DNA of 64,000 nt, from sequence record NC_070956.1. The stretch is one strand, 5' to 3'. Made by a program: the position numbers and the translations under genes. The notes beneath the pieces were generated by a model that was not told the origin of the DNA, searched no databases, and was given only the letters and a program-made list of their open reading frames with translations. The stretch's first letter is position 1. Each line of letters opens with the position of its first letter. Positions 29,332 to 38,859 of the stretch are shown here, piece after piece.

Positions 29332-30882
29332 ATGATCAAAGTACGTATTCCCTCTGCTGAGTCATACAAGATTTCAACCAGACCTGCTGCATTCGCTTCT
29401 TTGAAGCAAGCACTGGACTATTTCCATTTGTTGAAGCAGGGTCAGAAAATCTACTTCAATGGAGAGGCTGAAGTCTCTAAGCTCATCGGTGGTGAGTTCG
29501 ATAATAATCGAGGATCTGATATTCAAACAGACATTGGTTATGACGACAAAATCTTTATCGAGTTTGAAGTAGGAGAGAGTGAATACAACGATGGATTGGA
29601 CAGTGCTGATTTTGACGCACAAACCGTTCCAACAATGTGGACTGATCCCCAGACTGGTTCTTGGATTCGTCCTGTATTCAGTGGACGGAAATGCGAAGTA
29701 ACCGTGAACAAGTTCTTTAAGGACCGCGTTCAAGCGCAACGTTATCAGCATGAAATCCGTGACAAGCTGAACCAAAAGGTATTCAACACACTCTTCGATG
29801 TTCAGACTCATTACCCATTAACTGTAGATGTTCTGGAGTGTTTCCAGGAAATCTATAACCGGTTGAACAACGCTGGTCAAGTTCAACCAGAACACAGTAA
29901 TTTTATCAAATGGTTCTGTGCCAAATCAGAAGTTCCTTACGACTTCATTTCCAATATCATCGGGAACAACACTGTATTTGCCTTTAAACAAGAGTCTTCT
30001 GAAAATGGACTCAATTACGGTGTAGTGAATATCGCTGCCGTGAATAAAGGTGCGTACATTGGAAAATACGAAGTGAGTTGGAGTTATTCCTTCTATTGGA
30101 ACATTCATACTCACTGGGATCTTTGTTTCCCTATTCAGGTATGGCAACAACCCATGCCGCACGAATATCTTCCCGATCTGTTTGTTAATACCAAGTACGA
30201 GTACGCAAGCAGAATGTTCATGGAATCCAAACTGGCTAGCCAGATCTTTGATTACCGGAAGAGCTCTCCAATCCAGTATCACGCACTTCCATCACAGGAC
30301 AACTGGCGCCCACCCGTTACGTCTTGGGTCTCTCCCCAACTCCAGGTATTGGTGTGTATGGAAGATGTTCCTGGGGAACAAGTCATACTGAATATCAAAG
30401 AGATCCATGGTTTCACTTGGAACCAGGAAATACTCGATTGGATCATGAAGTTTAGAACCAAGGTGACACGGCGACATGCCAACCCACTCCAGTTCAAACT
30501 GTACTCTAACGAAGTGGAGGTCAAGAATGACCAACTCGAACTCAGAGAAAATGGAGACCTCGTTCTCCTACGACCAGCTACTCTTGGAAACATCTATCGG
30601 CTTACTTTCAACCTCGATTACGCCCTTCGTCTTTATGATGACGAGTGTCGTGACGATCTTGTAAACAATCCTGATTGGTGTGAGTGGATCATCGGAATCC
30701 TGTTTCCCAACTACAAACCTCAACCTGGCTTCGGTGATGACGGCGTTTGGGATTGGTGGGAGATACACAACGACATCGATGTGGGTGACGGTGAAGAGGT
30801 AGATTTCTTCGAAAGAGGAACTATTGGTGCACTCATCATTGCACATAACCGGGATGAGACCGACACCCGCATTTGGTATTAA
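29332..30882 (+). CDS. Virion structural protein (gp98-like by synteny)
   Basis: 516 aa, GAGGAAAGG RBS. Confidence 0.55.
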   Translation: MIKVRIPSAESYKISTRPAAFASLKQALDYFHLLKQGQKIYFNGEAEVSKLIGGEFDNNRGSDIQTDIGYDDKIFIEFEVGESEYNDGLDSADFDAQTVPTMWTDPQTGSWIRPVFSGRKCEVTVNKFFKDRVQAQRYQHEIRDKLNQKVFNTLFDVQTHYPLTVDVLECFQEIYNRLNNAGQVQPEHSNFIKWFCAKSEVPYDFISNIIGNNTVFAFKQESSENGLNYGVVNIAAVNKGAYIGKYEVSWSYSFYWNIHTHWDLCFPIQVWQQPMPHEYLPDLFVNTKYEYASRMFMESKLASQIFDYRKSSPIQYHALPSQDNWRPPVTSWVSPQLQVLVCMEDVPGEQVILNIKEIHGFTWNQEILDWIMKFRTKVTRRHANPLQFKLYSNEVEVKNDQLELRENGDLVLLRPATLGNIYRLTFNLDYALRLYDDECRDDLVNNPDWCEWIIGILFPNYKPQPGFGDDGVWDWWEIHNDIDVGDGEEVDFFERGTIGALIIAHNRDETDTRIWY

Positions 30883-30891
30883 GGATACGAA

Positions 30892-32187
30892 ATGGCACAG
30901 ACGATCATTGGGGCTACTCCGGCCCCAAAGCGCGAAGAACGCGCAATGGATCCTGCCTACAAGCACAGCTTGGTGGAATCCAGTTATACCCCGCATACTA
31001 GTATGCTCTCTTTTGTTTCTGGGGAGCCGACTCTCACCGAATATTACCGTGGGAGTTATGCACAGGACGAAGAACAACATAGTTTCGAGCCGCAGTCCAT
31101 ACAGACCTACGCTTCCTATAAACGGATTAATCATCTCATCATGAAACTGAACGTGGGTGAAAACTTCATGTTCGATCAGGTGACTGGTCAAAGTTCCGTA
31201 ACAATCACCGGATACGTTCTTTTCGACCTCACCCCTAACAAGGGCGATTTGTTCATTAAAGACGTGGGTGATGGCCGAGCCGGTTTGTTTACCCTAGTAG
31301 AGCAGCCCGAGATCTACACTGTTACCGCTGACAAGTGTTACGGTATCGAAGCCAGAATGATCGGGTTTGTTACCCAAGCTATCATGGACAACCTCAACAG
31401 TAAAGTGATTGAGGAACTGTGGTATCAAAAGGACATGGCTGTTGCTGGTGGGAATGCTATTCTCTCCACGATGGATCACGATTTGAACAAAGAGCTTTAC
31501 TCTGCGCAAATCGCTATTGTGGAAGACGTGCTCGCTAATCACTACTATTGGGATGAGGACACCATCGCAATTCCCAATGACGAAGAAGACCTCCTCTACG
31601 ATCCCTACCTTGCTAAATTCCTGAGTTACGTCATTCCGACGAGTCTCATGGGTCAACGCAAGAAGATCTGTTTGCTCAGTGTCAACTACTGGGTAGATAA
31701 CAGGAAGATGCAAGAACCGCTCACTATCTGGGATATGTTCTACCGGAACGATTTCAGTAACCCTGCCAGGTTCAAGCAGGACTTCTTTGTTCATCCGCGT
31801 AACAGTCTGTTGAATGCGAGAACGTATGGTTCAGTATTCTTCTCGAAGTTTGACAGAGCGATTGTCATTCATGAAAAGGCGGCACGGCGTGACGCTTACA
31901 AAATGAATGGTGCCATGTTCGCAATCGGCCCGTCCCCGACCTACTCCACCACACCGGGTGAACCGTACAGCTATTACTTTAGCGATGAGTTCTACGAGGG
32001 CAAATCCACCAATGACAATGAGAAATTTGTCTGGGATATGTTCAAAGACAAAACGGTGGATAAGAAGAAACTGTTGGAAGTACTCAAGGGTTTCTGGTCT
32101 ATGGACGAGAAAGACAAGCTTTACATGAGCGGGATCTATCTATTAGCCATCAGAATGGCTCTGGTGAAATCTTCTGCTTATGTATAA
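30892..32187 (+). CDS. Virion structural protein, possibly neck (gp99-like)
   Basis: 431 aa; LTPNKGDLFIKDVGDGRAGLF; synteny. Confidence 0.55.
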   Translation: MAQTIIGATPAPKREERAMDPAYKHSLVESSYTPHTSMLSFVSGEPTLTEYYRGSYAQDEEQHSFEPQSIQTYASYKRINHLIMKLNVGENFMFDQVTGQSSVTITGYVLFDLTPNKGDLFIKDVGDGRAGLFTLVEQPEIYTVTADKCYGIEARMIGFVTQAIMDNLNSKVIEELWYQKDMAVAGGNAILSTMDHDLNKELYSAQIAIVEDVLANHYYWDEDTIAIPNDEEDLLYDPYLAKFLSYVIPTSLMGQRKKICLLSVNYWVDNRKMQEPLTIWDMFYRNDFSNPARFKQDFFVHPRNSLLNARTYGSVFFSKFDRAIVIHEKAARRDAYKMNGAMFAIGPSPTYSTTPGEPYSYYFSDEFYEGKSTNDNEKFVWDMFKDKTVDKKKLLEVLKGFWSMDEKDKLYMSGIYLLAIRMALVKSSAYV

Positions 32188-32202
32188 CAGAAGGTATTAA
32201 GA

Positions 32203-32871
32203 ATGATCTACGAGCGCTACAACGCCGTTAGGAAGCGTTTAATCGAACTCCATAAAGCAATGACCAAATACACCTATGACGTCGTTGCTCCCCCATCTGC
32301 TTTTATGCAGATGGAAGAGTTGAAAGATACGGTTGAACGTGAACGGTACAAAATCGGATTGGACCGATTAGGTGATTTGGTTGAACGACCAATGACTATC
32401 ATGAAAATGGCGTCTGCAATCTCCATTAATGGGGATGACAGCCAAATCCATTTCAGATGGCCCAGGAGAGACATACCGGATATTTACGAAAACATCCAGG
32501 AGTACATCAAGCTGTGGTTGGAAATCAAAACTGACTACGCTTGGTTGAAAGCTGCAAGCCTGGAAGAACTCGAATATCTGGAAGCAGTTGCAAAGTTTGT
32601 CTTCGGTCCCTATAAAGAGTATCGCGCAGGAAAGATCAACAAAGAGATCAATCGTGGCGGTACTGGTTCTGACCTCCTGGATGCGTTGACAGGCGTTTGG
32701 ATGCTCGGTGAGGAAGGTATGCAAGAGATCTCCTTTGTTAGTCACATAGCGCTTTACAGAGAGGCTAATGGGATCAGCAAGGGCGTCAGTACCAACCTCG
32801 GTCATTCTGAGACCCTGGAATCCCTGCTTCGCGGAAGTTCGTTTGGCGGTGGTATGGGCGGACTGGTTTAA
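32203..32871 (+). CDS. Conserved hypothetical protein (gp100-like)
   Basis: 222 aa, between two structural genes. Confidence 0.6.
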   Translation: MIYERYNAVRKRLIELHKAMTKYTYDVVAPPSAFMQMEELKDTVERERYKIGLDRLGDLVERPMTIMKMASAISINGDDSQIHFRWPRRDIPDIYENIQEYIKLWLEIKTDYAWLKAASLEELEYLEAVAKFVFGPYKEYRAGKINKEINRGGTGSDLLDALTGVWMLGEEGMQEISFVSHIALYREANGISKGVSTNLGHSETLESLLRGSSFGGGMGGLV

Positions 32872-32881
32872 GGGGATTTAA

Positions 32882-34234
32882 ATGTCAATGAACGTTCTGG
32901 TAAGTAGCTTGTTACAACAGGCTAAGATTACCGCCAAAATCTCCGGTAAGATAGCCGATAGCACGACACTCCGTGCTATCTTTATCACGCCAGTTGCACA
33001 GCACACCGCTATAAAGGTACTTCAGCATACCAGACAAGCCGATTTCATTTCCAACAGAGCTGAATGGGTTGGGCTCACAGTCCAACTCCAACCTGGTGTT
33101 TACCAGGATAAGATACTCCCATACAGAGACGATCTCCGTGTCCAGGTTATCTCCTCAACAGAAACAGATGTGAAAATATCTGAGTACGTTGCGGTCCCTC
33201 TCAATAGTGACGATCCCAGAGTGATGAGCAATACAACTGTCAATGCTGATTTTTCAGCGCAGGACTCCGTTGCATTGCAAGAATTCCAATTTCAACTTAT
33301 CGATCCTGGTTTTGCTAAGTTGAAGAACTTGGAAGTAAGTGATAACTTCCCAATGAGCAACGTTGCGGATGTGATCAGAATCACGATGGAGGAGAATACA
33401 CAAAAGGTCGGTCTGGAAGGGAAGGAAAAGTATCGTGGACTCTACATGGTAGAGCCTGTGGACAATGTGAACAAGTACCGACAGATCTTGATTCCTAGTG
33501 GAACAAGACTGATCAACCTTCCATTGTTTATTCAGAACCACCCTGAGTTTGGAGTTTACAGTCGTGGGTTAGGTTGCTTCTACAAACAGAACTATTGGTG
33601 GGTTTATCCCCTCTTCAATACAAGTCTTGTGGACGTACACCACCGACCTATTGACCTCATCAGGATGCCAAGGGACAAAGCCCCTACACTTGATGAAACC
33701 TTTTATGTTTCTGATGTGGCACTCACTATCATCTCAACTGGTGATGGTGGACATAGTGACACGGCCGACATTACGAAACAGAATAAAGGTGTTGGTTCAA
33801 GGATCGTGATGGGTGATGCGATCTCAGGTGATGCCGGGTATCATTACTCTAAAGGACAAGCGATTACTACACGTCAAGAGACGATACAAGAGTATAAGCT
33901 TTCTGACAGAAAGGATGGGTCCGAGTATACTCCTTTGGATCTTAACCCAACCGGTAACGTTTGTCGAGCAATGACGAATAACTCCATCAACGAAGGTGAA
34001 GTTGTTACTGTTGAGTGGCATAATGGAGACATTGGGTATCTCGAACCAGGTCACCCATTGCGTTACCAGTACATATCTTCAGAAGGTGGACTCACCACTC
34101 GTAAGGGTGTGCTTCTCGGATATCGTTGTGATTACGTTCCTATCACTGGTGGTCCATTACCCAAGATGAAGAGGACGTGTGTGCTCACAGTCTTCCTCAA
34201 GCGTCAAGAACGGTATAAAGCTCCACAGGAATAA
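32882..34234 (+). CDS. Virion structural protein, possibly baseplate hub (gp101-like)
   Basis: 450 aa; YSRGLGCFYKQNYWWVYPLF; C-terminal W-x-N-x-D...L-x-PG. Confidence 0.55.
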   Translation: MSMNVLVSSLLQQAKITAKISGKIADSTTLRAIFITPVAQHTAIKVLQHTRQADFISNRAEWVGLTVQLQPGVYQDKILPYRDDLRVQVISSTETDVKISEYVAVPLNSDDPRVMSNTTVNADFSAQDSVALQEFQFQLIDPGFAKLKNLEVSDNFPMSNVADVIRITMEENTQKVGLEGKEKYRGLYMVEPVDNVNKYRQILIPSGTRLINLPLFIQNHPEFGVYSRGLGCFYKQNYWWVYPLFNTSLVDVHHRPIDLIRMPRDKAPTLDETFYVSDVALTIISTGDGGHSDTADITKQNKGVGSRIVMGDAISGDAGYHYSKGQAITTRQETIQEYKLSDRKDGSEYTPLDLNPTGNVCRAMTNNSINEGEVVTVEWHNGDIGYLEPGHPLRYQYISSEGGLTTRKGVLLGYRCDYVPITGGPLPKMKRTCVLTVFLKRQERYKAPQE

Positions 34235-34240
34235 CATACT

Positions 34241-34276
34241 AGCTAGAGCTACCCCGCGCGCGGGGTAGCTCTAGCT
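34241..34276. terminator. 36-bp perfect palindrome, bidirectional terminator
   Basis: AGCTAGAGCTACCCCGCG|CGCGGGGTAGCTCTAGCT between convergent genes. Confidence 0.75.
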
Positions 34277-34285
34277 TTATCTTAG

Positions 34286-35821
34286 TTACATTGCATCGAA
34301 ATCGTCACCACCACCCATTGCTTCACTACGGTGTTGCAAACTCTTACGGAACATTTTCTTTTCCATGTTCACATCATGAACAAGACCATTGACCGGGTCG
34401 AGCGGATAGATAAAGAACCTGGCTGATTCAGGAGAACCCTCACCACGTTGTTTACCTACATATGCTGTAAAGAAACATTCATCGTTACTCATTTTAGCAA
34501 CGTGGAATGTCAACTCTACGTCAACCTCGTTAGTAAGCTTGGTTGAACCTTCGGTCATTGATTTACCACCAACTTCCCGAGCGAAGTAAATTTCAGAGTC
34601 ATCATCAGACTCACGAATGAACTTCTTGGCGTCAGGGTTCAACTGGTGAGGTGTGAAGAACGCAGCACCACGAGAAGTAAAGAAGTTACGAGCACGGCGA
34701 TACAAATCCTGGAGTTTATCAGAACGGGATTCACCCTGTGTACCTTCCAAGTCGGCCATGGCCAGATAGTCGTACGCAGCAACGATGATTTCATGACCTT
34801 TCATCTCGAGGTCACGAGTACGCTGCATGATTTCGTAAATGTTGTCATGACTGGGGTTGACGCGATAGAACACAAAGTTCCAACCGTTTTCCTTGAAACC
34901 ATCAATGATAGCTTCTACCACTTCATCGGTAGTTGCCGAGAAGAAGTCGGGTTTAGTCCCTGTCTTAGCGGTACCAAACAACTCGTACATACGTTTGAAG
35001 ATCAAACCAAGCGAATCCTCAGCCGACATCAACAGAACAGTCGGAATACGAGTCTTATCGCGAAGCATCGGTCGGTTGTACAAAGGAACAGATGCTAACA
35101 GGTGAGCCAAACCAAAAGACTTACCGCGGTTAGTCAGTGCGTTGATGAGATACATCAGACCACGACGAATACCACAGTCCGGATAGAGAGCTTCGTTCAA
35201 ACCAGCAAGACCGGTTTTCATGATACCTTCCGGAGAAGTTTCAACCTTCAACTGGTTGATAACATCTGCGATAGCAGTAGGATCTGTGTTACTTGCTTTC
35301 TCAACCACAGCCCTATCGAATTGAGAACCAGAATCAGCAATCCGTGCCGAGATCAATTCACTGGCTTTTATCCAGTCCTCTTTGCTTACATCCATTTCAC
35401 CTTCGAACATGAATGGACGGAGGAGTTTCTTGAGTTCAGTCTGAAACTTACTCTTTACATCGAGTTCCCTCAACTCCTTAATAATTTGAAAGATGAGCTT
35501 ACGTGCTACATCTTCCACCATTTCGTTGTCACACGCTTGGTTTAAGAGTTTACCAAGAGATTCGTCAAGGAAAACAATTTCCGCGATCTTGGTTGGGAGC
35601 AGGGATGTTATGACATCCGAATCTTTTGGCTGTTCAAGCATCCATTGCAGGAGTTTGCGCAGCAGAGCTTCAACTTTCTTATCCTGGACCACCATGCTTT
35701 CTTTACTGTGTGGTACCGCTTCCGCCATGATCATCAGCTCGTTCATCATATCGCGGTCTTGAAGACGATATGCTTGATACATCGCTGTAAAAATCTTGGC
35801 AAGGCGAATCAGGTTATTCAT
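34286..35821 (-). CDS. dnaB: DnaB-like (SF4) replicative helicase (gp118-like)
   Basis: Walker A ALTNRGKS, LMSAED, YDYL, TPHQLN, EGS...EVD, GKQRG arginine finger. Confidence 0.85.
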   Translation of the reverse strand: MNNLIRLAKIFTAMYQAYRLQDRDMMNELMIMAEAVPHSKESMVVQDKKVEALLRKLLQWMLEQPKDSDVITSLLPTKIAEIVFLDESLGKLLNQACDNEMVEDVARKLIFQIIKELRELDVKSKFQTELKKLLRPFMFEGEMDVSKEDWIKASELISARIADSGSQFDRAVVEKASNTDPTAIADVINQLKVETSPEGIMKTGLAGLNEALYPDCGIRRGLMYLINALTNRGKSFGLAHLLASVPLYNRPMLRDKTRIPTVLLMSAEDSLGLIFKRMYELFGTAKTGTKPDFFSATTDEVVEAIIDGFKENGWNFVFYRVNPSHDNIYEIMQRTRDLEMKGHEIIVAAYDYLAMADLEGTQGESRSDKLQDLYRRARNFFTSRGAAFFTPHQLNPDAKKFIRESDDDSEIYFAREVGGKSMTEGSTKLTNEVDVELTFHVAKMSNDECFFTAYVGKQRGEGSPESARFFIYPLDPVNGLVHDVNMEKKMFRKSLQHRSEAMGGGDDFDAM

Positions 35822-35853
35822 CGAGTAAACTCCTTAAACTGTATAGGTACGCT

Positions 35854-36408
35854 ATGATCATTAAATTAGGAGATAGCGAGCAGAAGATCGTATTCCTTCG
35901 GGAACAAGATCTCAAGCTCTTGAAGATGTTCAATCTCCAGCCTACTGATCTTCCTACGCTTCCGGCGATTCGGGAAGTCAGTGATGAAGATTGTTTGAGT
36001 TGGCTTGAATTCCAACGTGCTGCTGAGAAGACACTGTTCGGATTTTCAAGTACAACTTATACCAATGCTGGTAACATTAAAAATCTGATGGGTGAACGGA
36101 CCAACTCCGCACTCTTCAAAGCCAAGATGGACAAGGTCCTCGAAGCAACCCCTGGTAAAGTAAAATATAATCATCTGTACGGGTATAACCTTAACGGAAT
36201 GATGTTTGTACTGCTCACCAGTAATACTGTGGAGAGTACATGGTTCCGTGAATTGCCAGGTTCCCTGGCTAATGCAGTAATGCGTGTTTGCCTGGATACT
36301 GTGGGCAGCTTCGGATTTTACTTTAAATCTGAACGCAATCTTTCTCAAACCACAGAACAGAAAGGCTACGTTACTGCGGGCACTATTCTGTCCAAAGTAC
36401 TTGCGTGA
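35854..36408 (+). CDS. Putative virion protein preceding the capsid gene (gp119-like)
   Basis: 184 aa; synteny between helicase and capsid gene. Confidence 0.6.
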   Translation: MIIKLGDSEQKIVFLREQDLKLLKMFNLQPTDLPTLPAIREVSDEDCLSWLEFQRAAEKTLFGFSSTTYTNAGNIKNLMGERTNSALFKAKMDKVLEATPGKVKYNHLYGYNLNGMMFVLLTSNTVESTWFRELPGSLANAVMRVCLDTVGSFGFYFKSERNLSQTTEQKGYVTAGTILSKVLA

Positions 36409-36530
36409 TACTTTGTACAGTACGTGTGCATTAACTTCCATGCTATATGTATGTTAATGTTATGCGTAGAAACCTTAACGCAAACAAATATATTTGTTTT
36501 CGCTTCCAATGATCAAGGAATATTTGAACT

Positions 36531-38699
36531 ATGAGTATTGCATTCACCACTCGTGGCGGCCAATCCGGTGCCGCACTGAAGGCCATCATCAACAACGTGT
36601 CCGGTATGACCATGGGTCAGGATGACGTCTGGGCCGGCATCGCTGGTACCGAATCCCTGAGCACTGCCGTCAAAGCCCAACTGCCCGAAGTCGGTTTCAA
36701 CCAGAAATCCGCCATGGGCTCCGTTGTTGACTCCATCAATGATGGTTCCTTCAACCAGCGTCTGAGCCAGATGGCTCAGGAAGTTCGGAACATGAACGGT
36801 TTCGAAACCTTCTCCCATTCCCTGGAACAAGGCGATGCTGCTCGTCAGAAAGCTGCAACCATCGACCTGAACGCCCGTGCCAACCGTCAGTGGGCCGGTG
36901 CCGAAGCTCTGTACAAGACCGTCGTGGTTGGTTACAAAGAAGAAGGTATCTCCCTGCCGATCGACGTTGCCGGTGTTGGCGCTTACAACACTTCCGGTAA
37001 CATGAACGAGTCCTGGGAAGATCTGCGTCCGATCGCTTCCGTTCTGGCTGACTCCAAGTTCAACCCGGGCGACGACCTGAAGCTGGTTCCGGTACTGCCG
37101 GAAGATCCGAAGAACGCCAACGCTGCTGCCTTCGTCGATCCGACCGTGTGGACTCCGTGGGACGTCGTGTACGACACCAACGATCTGCTGCGCCGTGAAG
37201 CGCACAAGACCAACTACCTGAAGCCCAGCAAGATTCAGAACCTCCTGAACCTGTGCCGTGCCCCGGGTGCTACTCCGTTCGAGCAGAACGACGAGATCGA
37301 ATCCAACTCCATCCGTCTGGAAGACGTCCTGGTCACCCTGAAGACCGCCGGCGGCGAAGACGTGCTGAACCTGCACACCGGTAACATGAGTGGCAACACC
37401 ATGCGTCCGAGCAACAGCACCACCTCCGACGAGAAGCGTCAGATGTCCTTCATCATCACCGGTGAGAACATCAAGAACTTCCTCGACAAGGACGAGAAAC
37501 CGACCGAACTGTTCAAGGGCCTGACCGATCTGGGTTACAGCGTACACCTGGGCTTCGACATCGTCGCCACCTATCAGCGTGCTACCAAAGCCTGGACCCC
37601 GACCATCAGCGGCGTGAGCATCGCTTACCTGATCAGCAAAGACGGCGAGAAAGTCATCCCGGGCACTCCTGGTATGCCGGAAGCCACCCAAGCTCTGATC
37701 GACGCTCTGAAGTTCGAAGGTGACATCACCGGTCTGCACATGACCATGAACCACAACAACGTCAACCGTAGCCGTTACGGTACCACCGTTGTTTACGGTA
37801 CTGTCAACAAGTTCTACAACGTTCAACGCCGTACTCCGATTTCCGTCAAGTACCCGATGAACGATCAGGACAACAACGCTGACATCCTGGCCCGCCTGGT
37901 CAAAGACATGAACACCATGGTCACCCGCAACATGACCCATGATGCGTTCAAGGCTGCCAACAAGCACTTCGACTACGTCTACGCCAACCACGGTGCCAAG
38001 ATCGTCAACATCAACGACGATTCCAGCGCTGTTATGCCGGGTCAGCACTTCCTGACCACTACCGGTATCAAGGGTAGCATGGACCTGATCAAGGAAGTTT
38101 CCACTCTGGACTCCAAAGACACTCGCGAGAACATCTCCGAAGCTCTGGTATCCAAGCTGTGGGACGTCATCACCGCGATGCGCGTTTCTTCCAACACCGC
38201 AGCCCTGAAAGAGCTGGACGGCCGTGACGAGAGCTACACCGTTGTTGCTCACTCCTCCCTGGCTCCGTTCCTGCTGACCCAAGGTGACTACCGTACCTTC
38301 GGTGCGAACATCAAGTTCAACATCGTAGAAACCAACGTCGACTCCGAAATCGGTCGTATGTGGGTGGTTCCGACCTCCCTGACTACCGACAACGAAATCG
38401 ACCTGTTCGGTGGTATCGGCATCTGTGTCGCCAAGGACCTGCTGGTTGTTGAAGGTCAGGTACAACAGTCCGACCGTCAGTACCGCATGATCATCACCCA
38501 GCCTGCCTACCAGCACCACAGCCTGTGCCCGGTCATCGGTCTGGTTGAAGTTGCCGACATGGACAAGCTCCTGGGCGACGAAGGTCTGATCACTGCCGTG
38601 AACAAGCACCTGGCCAAGATCAGTGGTTCCATCGAAACCACCGGCACTGGCACTGGTACTACTACCGGTAAAGAACTGCCGATCGTTAAAGTACCGTAA
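36531..38699 (+). CDS. Major capsid protein (phiKZ gp120-like)
   Basis: 722 aa, strongest codon bias in the window, G-x-E sites at E41 and E92, strong UUCG terminator after it, helicase-MCP-RNAP synteny. Confidence 0.85.
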   Translation: MSIAFTTRGGQSGAALKAIINNVSGMTMGQDDVWAGIAGTESLSTAVKAQLPEVGFNQKSAMGSVVDSINDGSFNQRLSQMAQEVRNMNGFETFSHSLEQGDAARQKAATIDLNARANRQWAGAEALYKTVVVGYKEEGISLPIDVAGVGAYNTSGNMNESWEDLRPIASVLADSKFNPGDDLKLVPVLPEDPKNANAAAFVDPTVWTPWDVVYDTNDLLRREAHKTNYLKPSKIQNLLNLCRAPGATPFEQNDEIESNSIRLEDVLVTLKTAGGEDVLNLHTGNMSGNTMRPSNSTTSDEKRQMSFIITGENIKNFLDKDEKPTELFKGLTDLGYSVHLGFDIVATYQRATKAWTPTISGVSIAYLISKDGEKVIPGTPGMPEATQALIDALKFEGDITGLHMTMNHNNVNRSRYGTTVVYGTVNKFYNVQRRTPISVKYPMNDQDNNADILARLVKDMNTMVTRNMTHDAFKAANKHFDYVYANHGAKIVNINDDSSAVMPGQHFLTTTGIKGSMDLIKEVSTLDSKDTRENISEALVSKLWDVITAMRVSSNTAALKELDGRDESYTVVAHSSLAPFLLTQGDYRTFGANIKFNIVETNVDSEIGRMWVVPTSLTTDNEIDLFGGIGICVAKDLLVVEGQVQQSDRQYRMIITQPAYQHHSLCPVIGLVEVADMDKLLGDEGLITAVNKHLAKISGSIETTGTGTGTTTGKELPIVKVP

Positions 38700-38721
38700 T
38701 AGGTACTAAGCTAAACGAACT

Positions 38722-38753
38722 AACCTCAGGAGTCCTTCGGGGCTCCTGAGGTT
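38722..38753 (+). terminator. UUCG-loop terminator after the capsid gene
   Basis: AACCTCAGGAGTCC-TTCG-GGGCTCCTGAGGTT followed by T tract. Confidence 0.9.
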
Positions 38754-38792
38754 TTTCTTTTGTTCTGTCTTCATTTATTTACCTCCATACTT

Positions 38793-38817
38793 TTTGAAAC
38801 AGATATTATCACTGTGT
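38793..38817 (+). promoter_or_regulatory. Putative early promoter
   Basis: TTTGAAACAGATATTATCACTGTGT aligns with the 6761 and 8835 copies. Confidence 0.6.
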
Positions 38818-38859
38818 ATTGTATCTGGAAAATCCCTTTCAGATAAGGAGGTAATAATA

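Noticed and set aside
35102-35140. Helicase Walker A beginning with Ala (ALTNRGKS) as a sign of inactivity
   Set aside because: A/G-x4-GK-S/T is within the normal consensus and the other SF4 motifs are intact.
36513-38609. 698-aa antisense ORF opposite the capsid gene
   Set aside because: Shadow frame: the sense gene avoids TTA, CTA and TCA, which removes antisense stops; no RBS or motif.
38794-38859. Track start of the post-capsid gene (and track starts 21016, 21572, 44656, 54750, 56205)
   Set aside because: Better SD-start pairs lie downstream; the extensions overlap promoters or upstream genes.
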